DNA of 64,000 bases from an uncultured Smithella sp. (GCA_964450075.1 CAYVFA010000001.1:11893-75892); one strand, 5' to 3'. Positions 1 through 9,218 are shown, counted from the first letter of the stretch. Translations and numbers: made by a program. Notes: a model not told the origin generated them from the letters alone.

Positions 1-635
1 TTACCACGCCGGAGGCGACCACGAAGGAGGCTATTACCATGGCCTTTGAGGACATGCGGCAGAAGGTTGGACCCAACGATCTTTTTATCTTCTACAATGC
101 ATCTCACGGCATGGTTGACGTGGTGAATGGTGAGGAACAATATTTTCTACTGACGAGTAATGTCCGGCTCCTTTCTTCTCAGCATATCAGCAAAGATGCC
201 CTGAGTCACAAGGATCTGGTGAGTCTAATTGGCAGTATTCCGGCGCAGAAGAAAGTGGTGATCCTCGACACCTGCAATGCGGGCAAAGGGGGCAAGGAAA
301 TCCAGATAGCCCTGCTGCAGCAAACGAGAGGCCTCACCGACGCAACAGCGGTCAAGCTCCTGCAGCGGGCTGTGGGTTCATCGGTCTTTTCCGCTTCTGC
401 CGACACCCAGCAGGCACTGGAAGGCTATAAAGGACACGGGCTATTTACCTATGTGCTTCTGGAAGGATTACAGGGTGCGGCGGACTTCAAGAAAGATGGC
501 TTCATCACCGTGAAGGGTCTTGCCCTGCACACGGAGGAACGCGTGATGACACTTTCCGAGGAAGTTTTCAAACGTCAACAGAACCCGATGATCGAGACGG
601 GCGTCAATGATTTTCCGATTGGGAGGGTGAAGTAG
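1..635 (+). CDS. Caspase-like peptidase C14 domain protein, C-terminal part (5' end lies outside the window)
   Basis: The frame is open from nt 3. It has the FYNASHG motif (His codon 105-107) and VILDTCNAG motif (Cys codon 273-275). The C-terminus is clearly paralogous to the 10935-13268 product, including the shared ...FPIG(R/K)VK* end. Confidence 0.85.
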   Translation, partial: TTPEATTKEAITMAFEDMRQKVGPNDLFIFYNASHGMVDVVNGEEQYFLLTSNVRLLSSQHISKDALSHKDLVSLIGSIPAQKKVVILDTCNAGKGGKEIQIALLQQTRGLTDATAVKLLQRAVGSSVFSASADTQQALEGYKGHGLFTYVLLEGLQGAADFKKDGFITVKGLALHTEERVMTLSEEVFKRQQNPMIETGVNDFPIGRVK

Positions 636-654
636 TGGATAGTGGATCGTGGGT
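634..654. repeat. Heptanucleotide tandem repeat AGTGGAT AGTGGAT CGTGGGT
   Basis: Read directly. It overlaps the TAG stop codon (633-635) by 2 nt and runs on directly 3' of it. Confidence 0.6.
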
Positions 655-682
655 ATCAAACAAAATCGTGTAATAAGGTTAT

Positions 683-1225
683 ATGATGCCTGAAATAGCT
701 TATACCAGCATTGGAAGAAATATGCTTTTTACGGGATTGATCAGTCACGTTGCCGCCATTCTTGTGGCGACCATGGCCGCTTCCGGCAGAGACCATTTTT
801 TCGGTTTTGTCTATTTATTCTCCTGCCTGCTCCTTGTTGCCGGCGCTTTTGCGGAATTGAAAAAAAAAGGCTACCGGCCATTGATCGAATGGCGATTCTA
901 CGTGATCGCGGCCCTAACGGTTTTCCCTTTACTTGGGCCGTTAATGGTTCTGGGGCTGGTTTACAGTATCCCGAAAAGCGGGCAGGAGGAACGCGTCAGT
1001 CTGTCGGGTTTGCTTCCAGCGTTTTTCAGGTTCAGGGCGAATGGAGTGGTTTTGTTTTTACTGATGATCTTTCTGTTTGTTTTATTTTTATTCGCAAGTC
1101 GTCAGGATGATCCTTACTTTAAGAAAAGATATCGGAACGATTTGGGCAGGAATTTGCCGAAGTCTGTTTTAGCAGCAGGTCATCACAGGGATTATGCCCA
1201 AATAGCCAAAATATTTTGCCGATGA
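683..1225 (+). CDS. Hypothetical polytopic membrane protein
   Basis: 180-aa ORF with several hydrophobic segments (LFTGLISHVAAILVATMAA, FVYLFSCLLLVAGAF, VVLFLLMIFLFVLFLF). I recognise no family. Confidence 0.55.
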   Translation: MMPEIAYTSIGRNMLFTGLISHVAAILVATMAASGRDHFFGFVYLFSCLLLVAGAFAELKKKGYRPLIEWRFYVIAALTVFPLLGPLMVLGLVYSIPKSGQEERVSLSGLLPAFFRFRANGVVLFLLMIFLFVLFLFASRQDDPYFKKRYRNDLGRNLPKSVLAAGHHRDYAQIAKIFCR

Positions 1226-1242
1226 GATGTAGGTGAAACACT

Positions 1243-2067
1243 TTGCTGAAAAAATATCAACCCGAACGCACGGATTTATTGATCAACACGGAATGGGGCA
1301 TCCCGCGCGACGGCTTGTCAAAAGAGGAAGCCAAAGGCCCGAAGATGCTTCTTTTCAAAGGCCGGTGGGTGACCAGGAAAGAAAAAAAGCAGCTTCAGGA
1401 CGAACGAAATGCCTACACTTCGATCAGGGTCATTGGCTATCTCCTTCTTTTTATTTGCGTTCCTGTTCTGATTAATATCCGACTAATTGCAGCCAATGGT
1501 ATCACGACTGTTGCCTTGGCCGTCATTTACGCGTTTGCCGCGGTAGCGACCGGCGCGGGATTAATCCGATATACGCGATATGCACGTTACCCGGCCGTTT
1601 TGCTTTTTATGTCCTTCTTCGTTTTGCCGTTTATGCCGCTCTTTGAAAGTGAAAAAGGATCACCGCTCCTGTTTATCCTTGGAATGGCTGGTCTTTATTA
1701 TCTTCTGCGCAAGACGGCACGGAATATTCTTTGGCCGCAGACCGGTCTTAAATCCGATGATAAAAGAATCAAGCCTGTTATTCGTATAATCATTTATGGC
1801 ATTGTCCTGATTGCCGGACTGTTGGCCGGTTATTTTATCTATGATGCGACACAGGCCGGGCGGATGGCCGCTGATGCCTGCGATTCTGCAGAAGCGGGAC
1901 AGCCTGTTGAAGAATACTTGTCAAAATTATCAAAAGAGGATTACAGAATAATCCGAAGATCTGAAACGATTATGATCGTGCCGAAAAGAGGCATGGGCCG
2001 GAACTACTGCACGATCACCCATGACGGCCGGATCATTACCGGCGCAGAAACAGGTTTTATGGATTAA
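1243..2067 (+). CDS. Hypothetical membrane protein with a soluble C-terminal domain
   Basis: TTG start 6 nt after AGGTGA. There are four hydrophobic segments and then a ~75-aa hydrophilic tail. No family recognised, and the start is uncertain. Confidence 0.5.
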   Translation: MLKKYQPERTDLLINTEWGIPRDGLSKEEAKGPKMLLFKGRWVTRKEKKQLQDERNAYTSIRVIGYLLLFICVPVLINIRLIAANGITTVALAVIYAFAAVATGAGLIRYTRYARYPAVLLFMSFFVLPFMPLFESEKGSPLLFILGMAGLYYLLRKTARNILWPQTGLKSDDKRIKPVIRIIIYGIVLIAGLLAGYFIYDATQAGRMAADACDSAEAGQPVEEYLSKLSKEDYRIIRRSETIMIVPKRGMGRNYCTITHDGRIITGAETGFMD

Positions 2068-2112
2068 GCAAACGCCTGCCAATAACTGTCGGGAAAACGA
2101 TTGGAGAAAATA

Positions 2113-3714
2113 ATGTTCAGATATAAAAAGAGTTTGTTACGTTGTTTGCTGATTTGCTTCGAAATTATTTTCATATCCTTCCTCAGTTCGGCTTCAGTCT
2201 TTGCCGGGACGAGAACTTTCATTAAGGAATACACTTACCAGGCAAGTGAAGACGACAGCCGGAACTCCAGCCGCGTCATTGCCTTGCGGGAGGTGAAAAG
2301 ACTTCTTTTGGAAGAACTGGGGACCTATCTGGAAAGTGAGACGGAAGTCAAAAACTATCAACTTACCCGTGACCAGATCACAACCCTTACCGCCGGCATT
2401 GTCCAGACAGAAATTATCGAAGAAAAGTGGGATGGGCGTTCATACTGGCTCAAGTCGAAGATAACGGCGGATGCCGAAAAAGTGGTGCAATCGATTGATA
2501 AGTTACGCAAAGACCGCGATAAGACCAATGAGCTCGAAGCGATGCGGCGGAAATCGGACGAGTTGCTTCGTGAAGTCGAGCGGCTGCGCAAACAAATGAG
2601 TTCCGGTAATGACGTCAACCGGGATCAGCAGAAGGCGGCTTATGACACATCGATCAAGCAACTCTCAGCGGCGGAATGGATTGAAAAAGGTCATGCCGTA
2701 TCAGGCCCTCATGATCAGTTCAAAGGGGCTTTTGATGCCTACAGCCGGGCCATCGAACTGGATCCGAACAATATCGAAGCGTATTATTTCCGGGCACGGA
2801 TCAGTGAAAAAAATCAGGCGATGTCCGATTACTACAAAATTCTGAGCATCGTGCCGAAAAATTCGGAAGCGCATCTCATTCGCGCCTGGACTTATAAGGA
2901 GCTTAATGAGCGTGATTCCGCGCTCAACGAATTCGCCAAAGCGATTGAGAACGCCAGGGGAAATAAAGAAATGGCTACAGCTTATCATGACCGCGGACGG
3001 TATTACACCTTGCTTCGCCCCAGGCCTTACGTCAAGTCAGGGAGCCTGACGATCCCAAACGCCATCGCGCTCTCCATTCATGATTTCAGCAAAGCCATCG
3101 CGCTTGATCCAAAGGAATCATCCTATTATTCTTCGCGTGCGGATGCTTACCTGGGAGCCGGCAAGTATGATTTGTCCATTAACGATTTCAATATCGCAAT
3201 CGCAATGGAACCGAAAAGTGCCGGATTGTATTCGGCAAGAGCGCATGTTTTTCGCTTTCTCAATAAAATGGAGCAGGCCGCCGCTGATTTCAGCCGGGCC
3301 ATTGAACTTGACCCGGAAAGTCTGTTTGTTACGCATGATTACATGATGAGAGCAGTTACCTACGAAAATCTTGGCAAATTCGATCTTGCGATCCGGGATT
3401 GGAGCAAGCTGATCGAACTGAAACCGAAAGAGTCTGGTAACTACCGGGCTAGAGCCGAAAATTATGCGAAACTCAAAAAGTATGATCTCGCCATCAAGGA
3501 CTACGGCAAGGCGGTATCGCTTGCGCCCAAAGAGGGTGCACTCTACTATGGACGCGCGCGGATTCACGCGCTTCTGAAAGATAAACACAAAGCCATTAAG
3601 GATCTGACGGTAGCAATTCAGCTTAGCCAGAGCTACAAAGAATCAGCCCGCAACGAAGCAGCGTTTGATTCCGTCCGTCAACACGCTGATTTCATCAAAC
3701 TGGTGGTGAAATAA
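2113..3714 (+). CDS. Exported TPR-repeat protein with N-terminal LPP20-like module and coiled coil
   Basis: ATG 2113 follows GGAG. The signal peptide ends ...SSASVFA-G. There are multiple TPR units (AIELDPNNIEAYYFRA, AIALDPKESSYYSSRADAY, AIAMEPKSAGLYSARA, AIELDPES...). The N-terminal ~100 aa resemble the N-terminus of the 10055 product. Confidence 0.85.
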   Translation: MFRYKKSLLRCLLICFEIIFISFLSSASVFAGTRTFIKEYTYQASEDDSRNSSRVIALREVKRLLLEELGTYLESETEVKNYQLTRDQITTLTAGIVQTEIIEEKWDGRSYWLKSKITADAEKVVQSIDKLRKDRDKTNELEAMRRKSDELLREVERLRKQMSSGNDVNRDQQKAAYDTSIKQLSAAEWIEKGHAVSGPHDQFKGAFDAYSRAIELDPNNIEAYYFRARISEKNQAMSDYYKILSIVPKNSEAHLIRAWTYKELNERDSALNEFAKAIENARGNKEMATAYHDRGRYYTLLRPRPYVKSGSLTIPNAIALSIHDFSKAIALDPKESSYYSSRADAYLGAGKYDLSINDFNIAIAMEPKSAGLYSARAHVFRFLNKMEQAAADFSRAIELDPESLFVTHDYMMRAVTYENLGKFDLAIRDWSKLIELKPKESGNYRARAENYAKLKKYDLAIKDYGKAVSLAPKEGALYYGRARIHALLKDKHKAIKDLTVAIQLSQSYKESARNEAAFDSVRQHADFIKLVVK

Positions 3715-3730
3715 TCGTCATAAAGGTAGA

Positions 3731-6730
3731 ATGGTTATGTGTAAGAAAATATTATTTGTTATTTGTCTTTTACTAATATCCCTTTTGGGAACGCTTGCTT
3801 TTGGCGCCGAGCGGGCGTCATTTGGTTTAATGATCAAGGCGGTAACGGCTGAATATGCGCAATTTATCGGTCTCACCGCTCCTGAGGGCGCCTACGTCGT
3901 TTCAGTGCCGCAGGCAGGCGACTTGCGGCCCGGTGACGTCATCCTGAAGGTTGATGACCGGAGCATCAACGCGCCTGCTGATTTGCAAGCGGTCGCGAGA
4001 TTTTATCAGCCGGGTGACAAGGTGCAGTTGCAGATTGCACGAGGTAAAGAGCGTCTCCAGATCAGCTACACTTTGAAAAGAGCTGCCGTACCGCCGGTTC
4101 GTTCGAGTCAATCCTTGCAGGCGTCGATCGTCTCAAGTTATTTCCCGACCGTGGAAAGTTCGCGCTTTGAACAGGACGTGTTGGGGGCTGAACAGCCTGT
4201 GCTGGCTTATTTCTACGCAAACTGGTGTGCGCCCTGTAAAATGTACCTGCCGATCATGCAGCAGGCCAAAGAGCAATATCCCGATGTTAAAATCGTCGGC
4301 ATTGATATCGACAAAAGCCGTGATATCGTCAGCCGCTATGGCGTATCAGGAATATTGCCGACGGTCATCCTGTTCAACGGCGGCCGGGAAGTGGACAAAA
4401 TTTCGCGGCCGTCACGCAAGGAACAGTTAGCGGAACTGCTCGCCAAGACGCGCAGTGACCATGATGAAATTGAAGTCTTCGCCTCCCTCGGCAGGGGGAG
4501 CTGGATCTTGCAGGTTGCTTTTATCAAGGACACGGAGCTGATGGCCGCCAGAGATGCTTCCGGGGCGATTAAAGTCTGGGATTACCAGCGGGGAGCCCAG
4601 GTGCGAACCTATCGCGCGGCGGTATCCGGTTTATCGCCCAACGGGGTCTATGCGGCGCTGGCTGATCCGCAGCGGACGGCCATACAGATTGTGGATATTG
4701 TGCGCCGGCAGCAAAAAGCCATCCGGACGCAGCAGTTTGTTGAAAAATTGGCGATATCACCGCGCGGCAATGCGGTGGCCAGTTTTGGAGCAGACCGCAA
4801 TGGCCGTTTCAGTGTCGATATCTGGAGCCCGGATAACCGGCTGATCAAGTCCATTCCTGTTGACCCGGGAACCAGTCCGCATTCAGTGATGTTTGTCTTT
4901 TCACCTGACGGCGCACACTTTGCGCTTTCCACCTTGAATAAACTTGAGCTGTTCACCACGAAAAGCTGGACGCATGAAGCGGTTGTCCCGCTAAAAGGTA
5001 CGGCGGCGGTGTTGCAGTTTACTTCCGACAGCAAGGCTGTCTGGATCACGGGGAAAGAGGCGCTACTGATCGACCTGCAGGGAAACAAACAGAGCGGGTC
5101 TGACGGCCGCGTGGTTGTGGGCAGGCCTGATGATCGTGTGGCCATTGCGGATAATGGTGATAATTCCTTTCGTTTGATGAGCAGCCAGTCCGATGGGAAG
5201 GGGCTTCGTTTTGCCGGTCATCGTGCGCCCATCAACGCGGGGGCGGCAAGCGATGCAGTCCCGTGGCTGGCCAGCGGTAGTTCGGACGGGACTGTCCGGC
5301 TGTGGGATACGGCTTCCGGCAGAGAGGTTGGACAGTTTGTTGATTTCGGCAATGGCGAATGGATCGTGATAACGAAAGAAGGGTATTACAATTCTTCGGC
5401 CCGGGGGCATGAATATCTGAAAATCCGCAGAGGCAACAAAGTTTACGGGATTGACCAGTTTTATGACGTGTTTTACCGTCCCGATATCGTAATGGCAAAA
5501 CTCAAAGGAGAGGATATTACGGGTCTTGTCACTCTGACGGTGGAAGAGGCGATCAAAAATCCTCCTCCTGCGGTGAAAATTTCTCAATTACCGGATCAGG
5601 TCGGCGATCCGGTAGTGAAAGTCTGCTATCAGGTGCAAAGCACCGGCGGCGGCATTGGCGAGGTGCGTTTGTTCCAGAATGGCAAACTGATTAAATCCGA
5701 CGGATTCTATCGCGACGTGGCAGCACAGGGTAAATCGGCAACCATGAAGCTGGCTTCCGTCAACAGCAGCGTTGTTTATCAGGACATGCGCTCACTGACC
5801 ATCAAGGAAAAACAAAGTCCCGGCGCACACGTTCTCCGGGCAAAGGGCGAGTTGTTTGATGAATGTGTGGACATCGTAACCATTGCCGGTGAAAACGAAA
5901 TCAGCCTCACTGCTTTCAATGCTCAAAATTCGGTACAGAGTGCAATGGGCACAGTCCGCTTCCACTCGACCATACCGCCCGACGAGCCGCATCTGTATAT
6001 CCTGGCTGTCGGCATTGACCGGTATCGCGATTCCGCAATCAATCTGAAGTATGCGGCCAAGGATGCCAGGGATTTTATGACCCGGATGGCCGATAAGGCT
6101 AAAACCATCTACAAACCGGCAAACATCCATCTGACCATCCTGGTCGATGAACAGGCGGGCAAGCAAAACATTTTGAACTCCATCGAAAAACTGGCGGCGC
6201 AAGTCAAGCACGGCGATAGTTTTATCTTTTTCAATGCGTCCCACGGTTTGCTTTTGCAAAGCCAGTACTACATGGTCACCAGCGGTTTTGCTGGCACGCT
6301 GGACCAAAACGCAAGCCTGATCAGCTCCAACGAGATTGTCGAGATGTCCAAAAAGATCAAAGCGCTGTCGCAGTTGTTTGTTTTTGACACCTGCCATGCC
6401 GGTGGCGTGGATAATATTATCAGCGGACTGTATGACGCCCGGATGTCGGTGCTGGCCAAAAAGATGGGGCTGCATATCTATGCCTCAGCCGGAAGTGTGC
6501 AAACCGCCCTGGATGGTTATCAGGCCAACGGTCTGTACACCTACACCCTGCTTGCCGGATTGAAAAATGGCGCGCTCGTGGACAGGGATAAAAGTGGTGT
6601 GGTAACGGTTAAAAGTCTGGGGATTTTTTCCAGAGAGATGACACGGGAAATTTCCAGTAAACTTGGCCATCCCCAGACGCCGTTGATCATCAATTTTGGC
6701 AAAGACAGCCGATTGTTTAACGTGCGTTGA
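3731..6730 (+). CDS. Exported PDZ - thioredoxin-like - WD40/beta-propeller - Ig-like - caspase (C14) multidomain protein
   Basis: Signal peptide ...GTLAFG-A. PDZ-like GDLRPGDVILKVDDRSINAP..GDKVQLQIARG. Thioredoxin-fold segment VLAYFYANWCAPCK (CxxC at 4226-4237). WD-like repeats (SGSSDGTVRLWDTASG). Caspase His codon at 6242-6244 (FFNASHG) and Cys codon at 6392-6394 (FDTCHAGG). Confidence 0.85.
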   Translation: MVMCKKILFVICLLLISLLGTLAFGAERASFGLMIKAVTAEYAQFIGLTAPEGAYVVSVPQAGDLRPGDVILKVDDRSINAPADLQAVARFYQPGDKVQLQIARGKERLQISYTLKRAAVPPVRSSQSLQASIVSSYFPTVESSRFEQDVLGAEQPVLAYFYANWCAPCKMYLPIMQQAKEQYPDVKIVGIDIDKSRDIVSRYGVSGILPTVILFNGGREVDKISRPSRKEQLAELLAKTRSDHDEIEVFASLGRGSWILQVAFIKDTELMAARDASGAIKVWDYQRGAQVRTYRAAVSGLSPNGVYAALADPQRTAIQIVDIVRRQQKAIRTQQFVEKLAISPRGNAVASFGADRNGRFSVDIWSPDNRLIKSIPVDPGTSPHSVMFVFSPDGAHFALSTLNKLELFTTKSWTHEAVVPLKGTAAVLQFTSDSKAVWITGKEALLIDLQGNKQSGSDGRVVVGRPDDRVAIADNGDNSFRLMSSQSDGKGLRFAGHRAPINAGAASDAVPWLASGSSDGTVRLWDTASGREVGQFVDFGNGEWIVITKEGYYNSSARGHEYLKIRRGNKVYGIDQFYDVFYRPDIVMAKLKGEDITGLVTLTVEEAIKNPPPAVKISQLPDQVGDPVVKVCYQVQSTGGGIGEVRLFQNGKLIKSDGFYRDVAAQGKSATMKLASVNSSVVYQDMRSLTIKEKQSPGAHVLRAKGELFDECVDIVTIAGENEISLTAFNAQNSVQSAMGTVRFHSTIPPDEPHLYILAVGIDRYRDSAINLKYAAKDARDFMTRMADKAKTIYKPANIHLTILVDEQAGKQNILNSIEKLAAQVKHGDSFIFFNASHGLLLQSQYYMVTSGFAGTLDQNASLISSNEIVEMSKKIKALSQLFVFDTCHAGGVDNIISGLYDARMSVLAKKMGLHIYASAGSVQTALDGYQANGLYTYTLLAGLKNGALVDRDKSGVVTVKSLGIFSREMTREISSKLGHPQTPLIINFGKDSRLFNVR

Positions 6731-6865
6731 AGATAAAACAAGGTAAAAACGGCATTCCAAATATAACTTGCGATAATATATAAAAACGATTCCGTCTTTT
6801 TTATTGCCATTTGGCGCTTGTCGAAGTATGTATTCTCAAATATTTTATCTGGGGAGATTCCTTAC

Positions 6866-8512
6866 ATGCAAGCGAAGCCCGCAAGATATTTTCTTATTCT
6901 GTTAGTCCTTATTGTCATTTATCCGGCTTTATCCATTGCTGCGACGCAGCACCGCTCTGCGCTGGTCATCGGCAATAGCGCATACAGCGCAGGCCCACTG
7001 AAGAATCCGGTCAACGATGCAGCGGACATGGCAACTGCACTCAAAGGCCTCGGCTTCAATGTCAACATGCACCGCAATGCCAACCACCAGACCATGGAAA
7101 ATGCTATCCGGGAGTTTGGCGGAAAGCTCAGGAAAAACCGTGGAGTGGGACTTTTCTACTATGCCGGCCACGGGATGCAAATCGGCGGCGTCAATTACCT
7201 CATCCCTGTCGGTGCCCGTGTGGATAAGGAATCAGACGTAAAGTTTCAGGCCGTCAACGCGGATATTATTCTGGCTGAAATGGAGAATGCCGACAATGGC
7301 ATGAACATCGTCCTGCTTGATGCCTGCAGGGACAATCCTTTCGCCCGTTCATTCAGAAGCGCCACAAGAGGCCTTGCCATCATCAGCAACGCACCGACGG
7401 GCACCTTTATTTCGTATTCCACGGGTCCCAACCAACTGGCTAAAGATGGAGAGGGAAGAAACAGCCCTTACACCAAGGCACTTCTGGAGAATATTGCCAT
7501 GCCTGGATTGAATATAAACAAGATCTTTATGAACGTAAGAAGTAAGATTATGAAGTCCACCGGCCAGGTACCTTGGGAGCTGTCATCATTGGTAGGGGAC
7601 TTCTACTTCATTCCACCAAAGGGATCTGTTGCTTCCGTGCGGGATGAAGCTATTAAGGCTTCTCAGGCTATAGACGCCATGGACGAGGAGAACCAGAGAC
7701 TAGATACGGAAAAGGAAGTCCAAAGCCAGGCAAAGCTGGAACAGAAGCAGGAGAAGAAGACAACAAATACCTTGTCCACAAGCACGGACAATGTCTTGGC
7801 CCATCCGCCGGAGCTTTCGCACGATAGTTTATTTACCGACCCCACCACTGTTATGCAGTTTGTCTTCGTCAAGGGTGGCTGCTACCAGATGGGAGACACC
7901 TTTTGGTTTGGTAAATTTGACAAAAAACCAGTCCATGATGTTTGTGTCAGCGATTTTTATATTGGGAAATATGAAGTTACACAGGGCGAATGGCAGAAAA
8001 TTATGGGCTACAACCCTTCATATTTCGGAAGTTGCGGCGAAAACTGCCCAGTGGAGAGAGTCTCATGGAATGACGCTCAGGATTTTATAAAGAAACTCAA
8101 CAGCCTGACGGGGAAACGATATCGTTTGCCGACAGAGGCAGAATGGGAATACGCGGCAAAAAGCGGCGGAAAAAGCGAGAAATATGCGGGTGATAGTGAT
8201 GTCGACACTGTGGCTTGGTATCGGGGTAATTCTAGCAAAGAAACTCACCCAGTTGGTCAGAAACAGCCTAATGGTCTGGGACTTTTCGACATGAGTGGAA
8301 ATGTTTGGGAGTGGTGTAATGACTTGTATGGAAGCGATTATTACAAAAACAGCCCACAAAATAACCCTGACGGGCCGTCGTTAAGTGACGGGCGCGTCCT
8401 TCGTGGCGGGAGCTGGAGCGACAATGCGTACACTTCTGACCGCTATTGGGACTATCCTGTCAAACGGATTGACTACGTAGGTTTGCGGCTTTCCTTCCCC
8501 CTAGGTCAGTGA
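6866..8512 (+). CDS. Exported caspase (C14) - FGE-sulfatase (SUMF1-like) domain fusion protein
   Basis: ATG 6866 gives signal peptide MQAKPARYFLILLVLIVIYPALSIA-A. Caspase motifs are ALVIGNSAY, FYYAGHG (His 7169-7171) and LLDACRDNPF (Cys 7325-7327). The C-terminal FGE-sulfatase motifs are VSWNDAQDF, RLPTEAEWEYAA, GNVWEWCND and RVLRGGSW. Confidence 0.88.
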   Translation: MQAKPARYFLILLVLIVIYPALSIAATQHRSALVIGNSAYSAGPLKNPVNDAADMATALKGLGFNVNMHRNANHQTMENAIREFGGKLRKNRGVGLFYYAGHGMQIGGVNYLIPVGARVDKESDVKFQAVNADIILAEMENADNGMNIVLLDACRDNPFARSFRSATRGLAIISNAPTGTFISYSTGPNQLAKDGEGRNSPYTKALLENIAMPGLNINKIFMNVRSKIMKSTGQVPWELSSLVGDFYFIPPKGSVASVRDEAIKASQAIDAMDEENQRLDTEKEVQSQAKLEQKQEKKTTNTLSTSTDNVLAHPPELSHDSLFTDPTTVMQFVFVKGGCYQMGDTFWFGKFDKKPVHDVCVSDFYIGKYEVTQGEWQKIMGYNPSYFGSCGENCPVERVSWNDAQDFIKKLNSLTGKRYRLPTEAEWEYAAKSGGKSEKYAGDSDVDTVAWYRGNSSKETHPVGQKQPNGLGLFDMSGNVWEWCNDLYGSDYYKNSPQNNPDGPSLSDGRVLRGGSWSDNAYTSDRYWDYPVKRIDYVGLRLSFPLGQ

Positions 8513-8567
8513 GCCTGGCAGGTTCTTCATCGCTTGCCTAATCTGTCTGGCCCCAAGCGCAGTAAAG

Positions 8568-8588
8568 TCCCCCTTTTTTAAAGGGGGA
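8568..8588. repeat. Perfect palindrome TCCCCCTTT-TTT-AAAGGGGGA, followed by a GGGGGATT direct repeat
   Basis: Read directly: 9-bp stem with a 3-nt loop, 56 nt after the stop of the caspase-FGE gene. GGGGGATT occurs at 8583-8590 and 8593-8600. It may act as a terminator or as the left end of the DUF559 cassette. Confidence 0.5.
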
Positions 8589-8652
8589 TTTAGGGGGATT
8601 GAGCTTCAGGCTCATAGTCACCCTTAGTAAAGGGGGGACAGGAGGGATTTTA

Positions 8653-9021
8653 ATGTTGCCCTTTAATAAAAAATTAAAGCCGTTGGCCCGGACGTTAAGA
8701 AGCAACATGACCGATGCCGAGCAGCTTATCTGGTCGAAGATCAGGCGAAAACAGATAGGCAACTTGCAATTCTACCGTCAGAAAAACATAGGTAACTACA
8801 TTGTGGACTTTTATTGCCCCAAGGCTAAACTTATCTTGGAGATTGACGGTGGGCAGCATTACGAAAGCAATGGGGTGAGAAAGGACCAGACCAGGGAACG
8901 CTATCTTCAAGGTTTGGGATTAACTGTGATGCGCTTTTCCAACATAGACATTCTCAAAAATATTGATGGCGTTTCAGAAAAAATTGAGGACTATTTAAAA
9001 TCCACCCCACCCCTCCTTTAA
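8653..9021 (+). CDS. DUF559 (Vsr-like PD-(D/E)XK endonuclease) domain protein
   Basis: ATG 8653 follows GGAGGG. The sequence LARTLRSNMTDAEQLIWSKIRRKQ..FYRQKNIGNYIVDFYCPKAKLILEIDGGQH...ERYLQGLGLTVMRF is typical of DUF559. Confidence 0.85.
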   Translation: MLPFNKKLKPLARTLRSNMTDAEQLIWSKIRRKQIGNLQFYRQKNIGNYIVDFYCPKAKLILEIDGGQHYESNGVRKDQTRERYLQGLGLTVMRFSNIDILKNIDGVSEKIEDYLKSTPPLL

Positions 9022-9031
9022 AAAAGGAGGG
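9011..9031. repeat. Perfect palindrome CCCTCCTTT-AAA-AAAGGAGGG at the 3' end of the DUF559 gene
   Basis: Read directly. It overlaps the stop codon. With the preceding AAATCCACCCCACCCC it forms an imperfect inverted counterpart of the G-rich left flank (8579-8600). Confidence 0.5.
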
Positions 9032-9218
9032 AGACTCGCGTTTCACGCGAAATCCACTTCAACCCTACCCTAGAAAAGGATGGGATTTTGCTGGTATGGC
9101 GAAGGAAACTATATGAAAAAGATAATGTTGAAGATTTATCGGTAAAAATGAAACGTTAAGGCTTCAAAGGCAGATATGAGGACGGCCGTCACGGGCGTTA
9201 TTTATGGAGGCGTGATTG

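Noticed and set aside
889-1475. Alternative-frame ORFs 889-1110(+) and 1233-1475(+).
   Set aside because: They overlap the membrane-protein frames, and their products are basic, low-complexity peptides without hydrophobic segments or an SD.
5063-6475. Long antisense or overlapping ORFs in the track, e.g. 5063-5587(-), 5792-6475(-), 15815-16423(+), 22434-23090(+), 25919-26704(+), 32208-32891(-), 32940-33680(-), 18220-18771(-), 19128-19739(-).
   Set aside because: Each lies entirely inside a gene on the opposite strand or in another frame whose product has clear family motifs. Their translations are low-complexity and rich in R, S and P with no recognisable motifs. I treat them as shadow ORFs.
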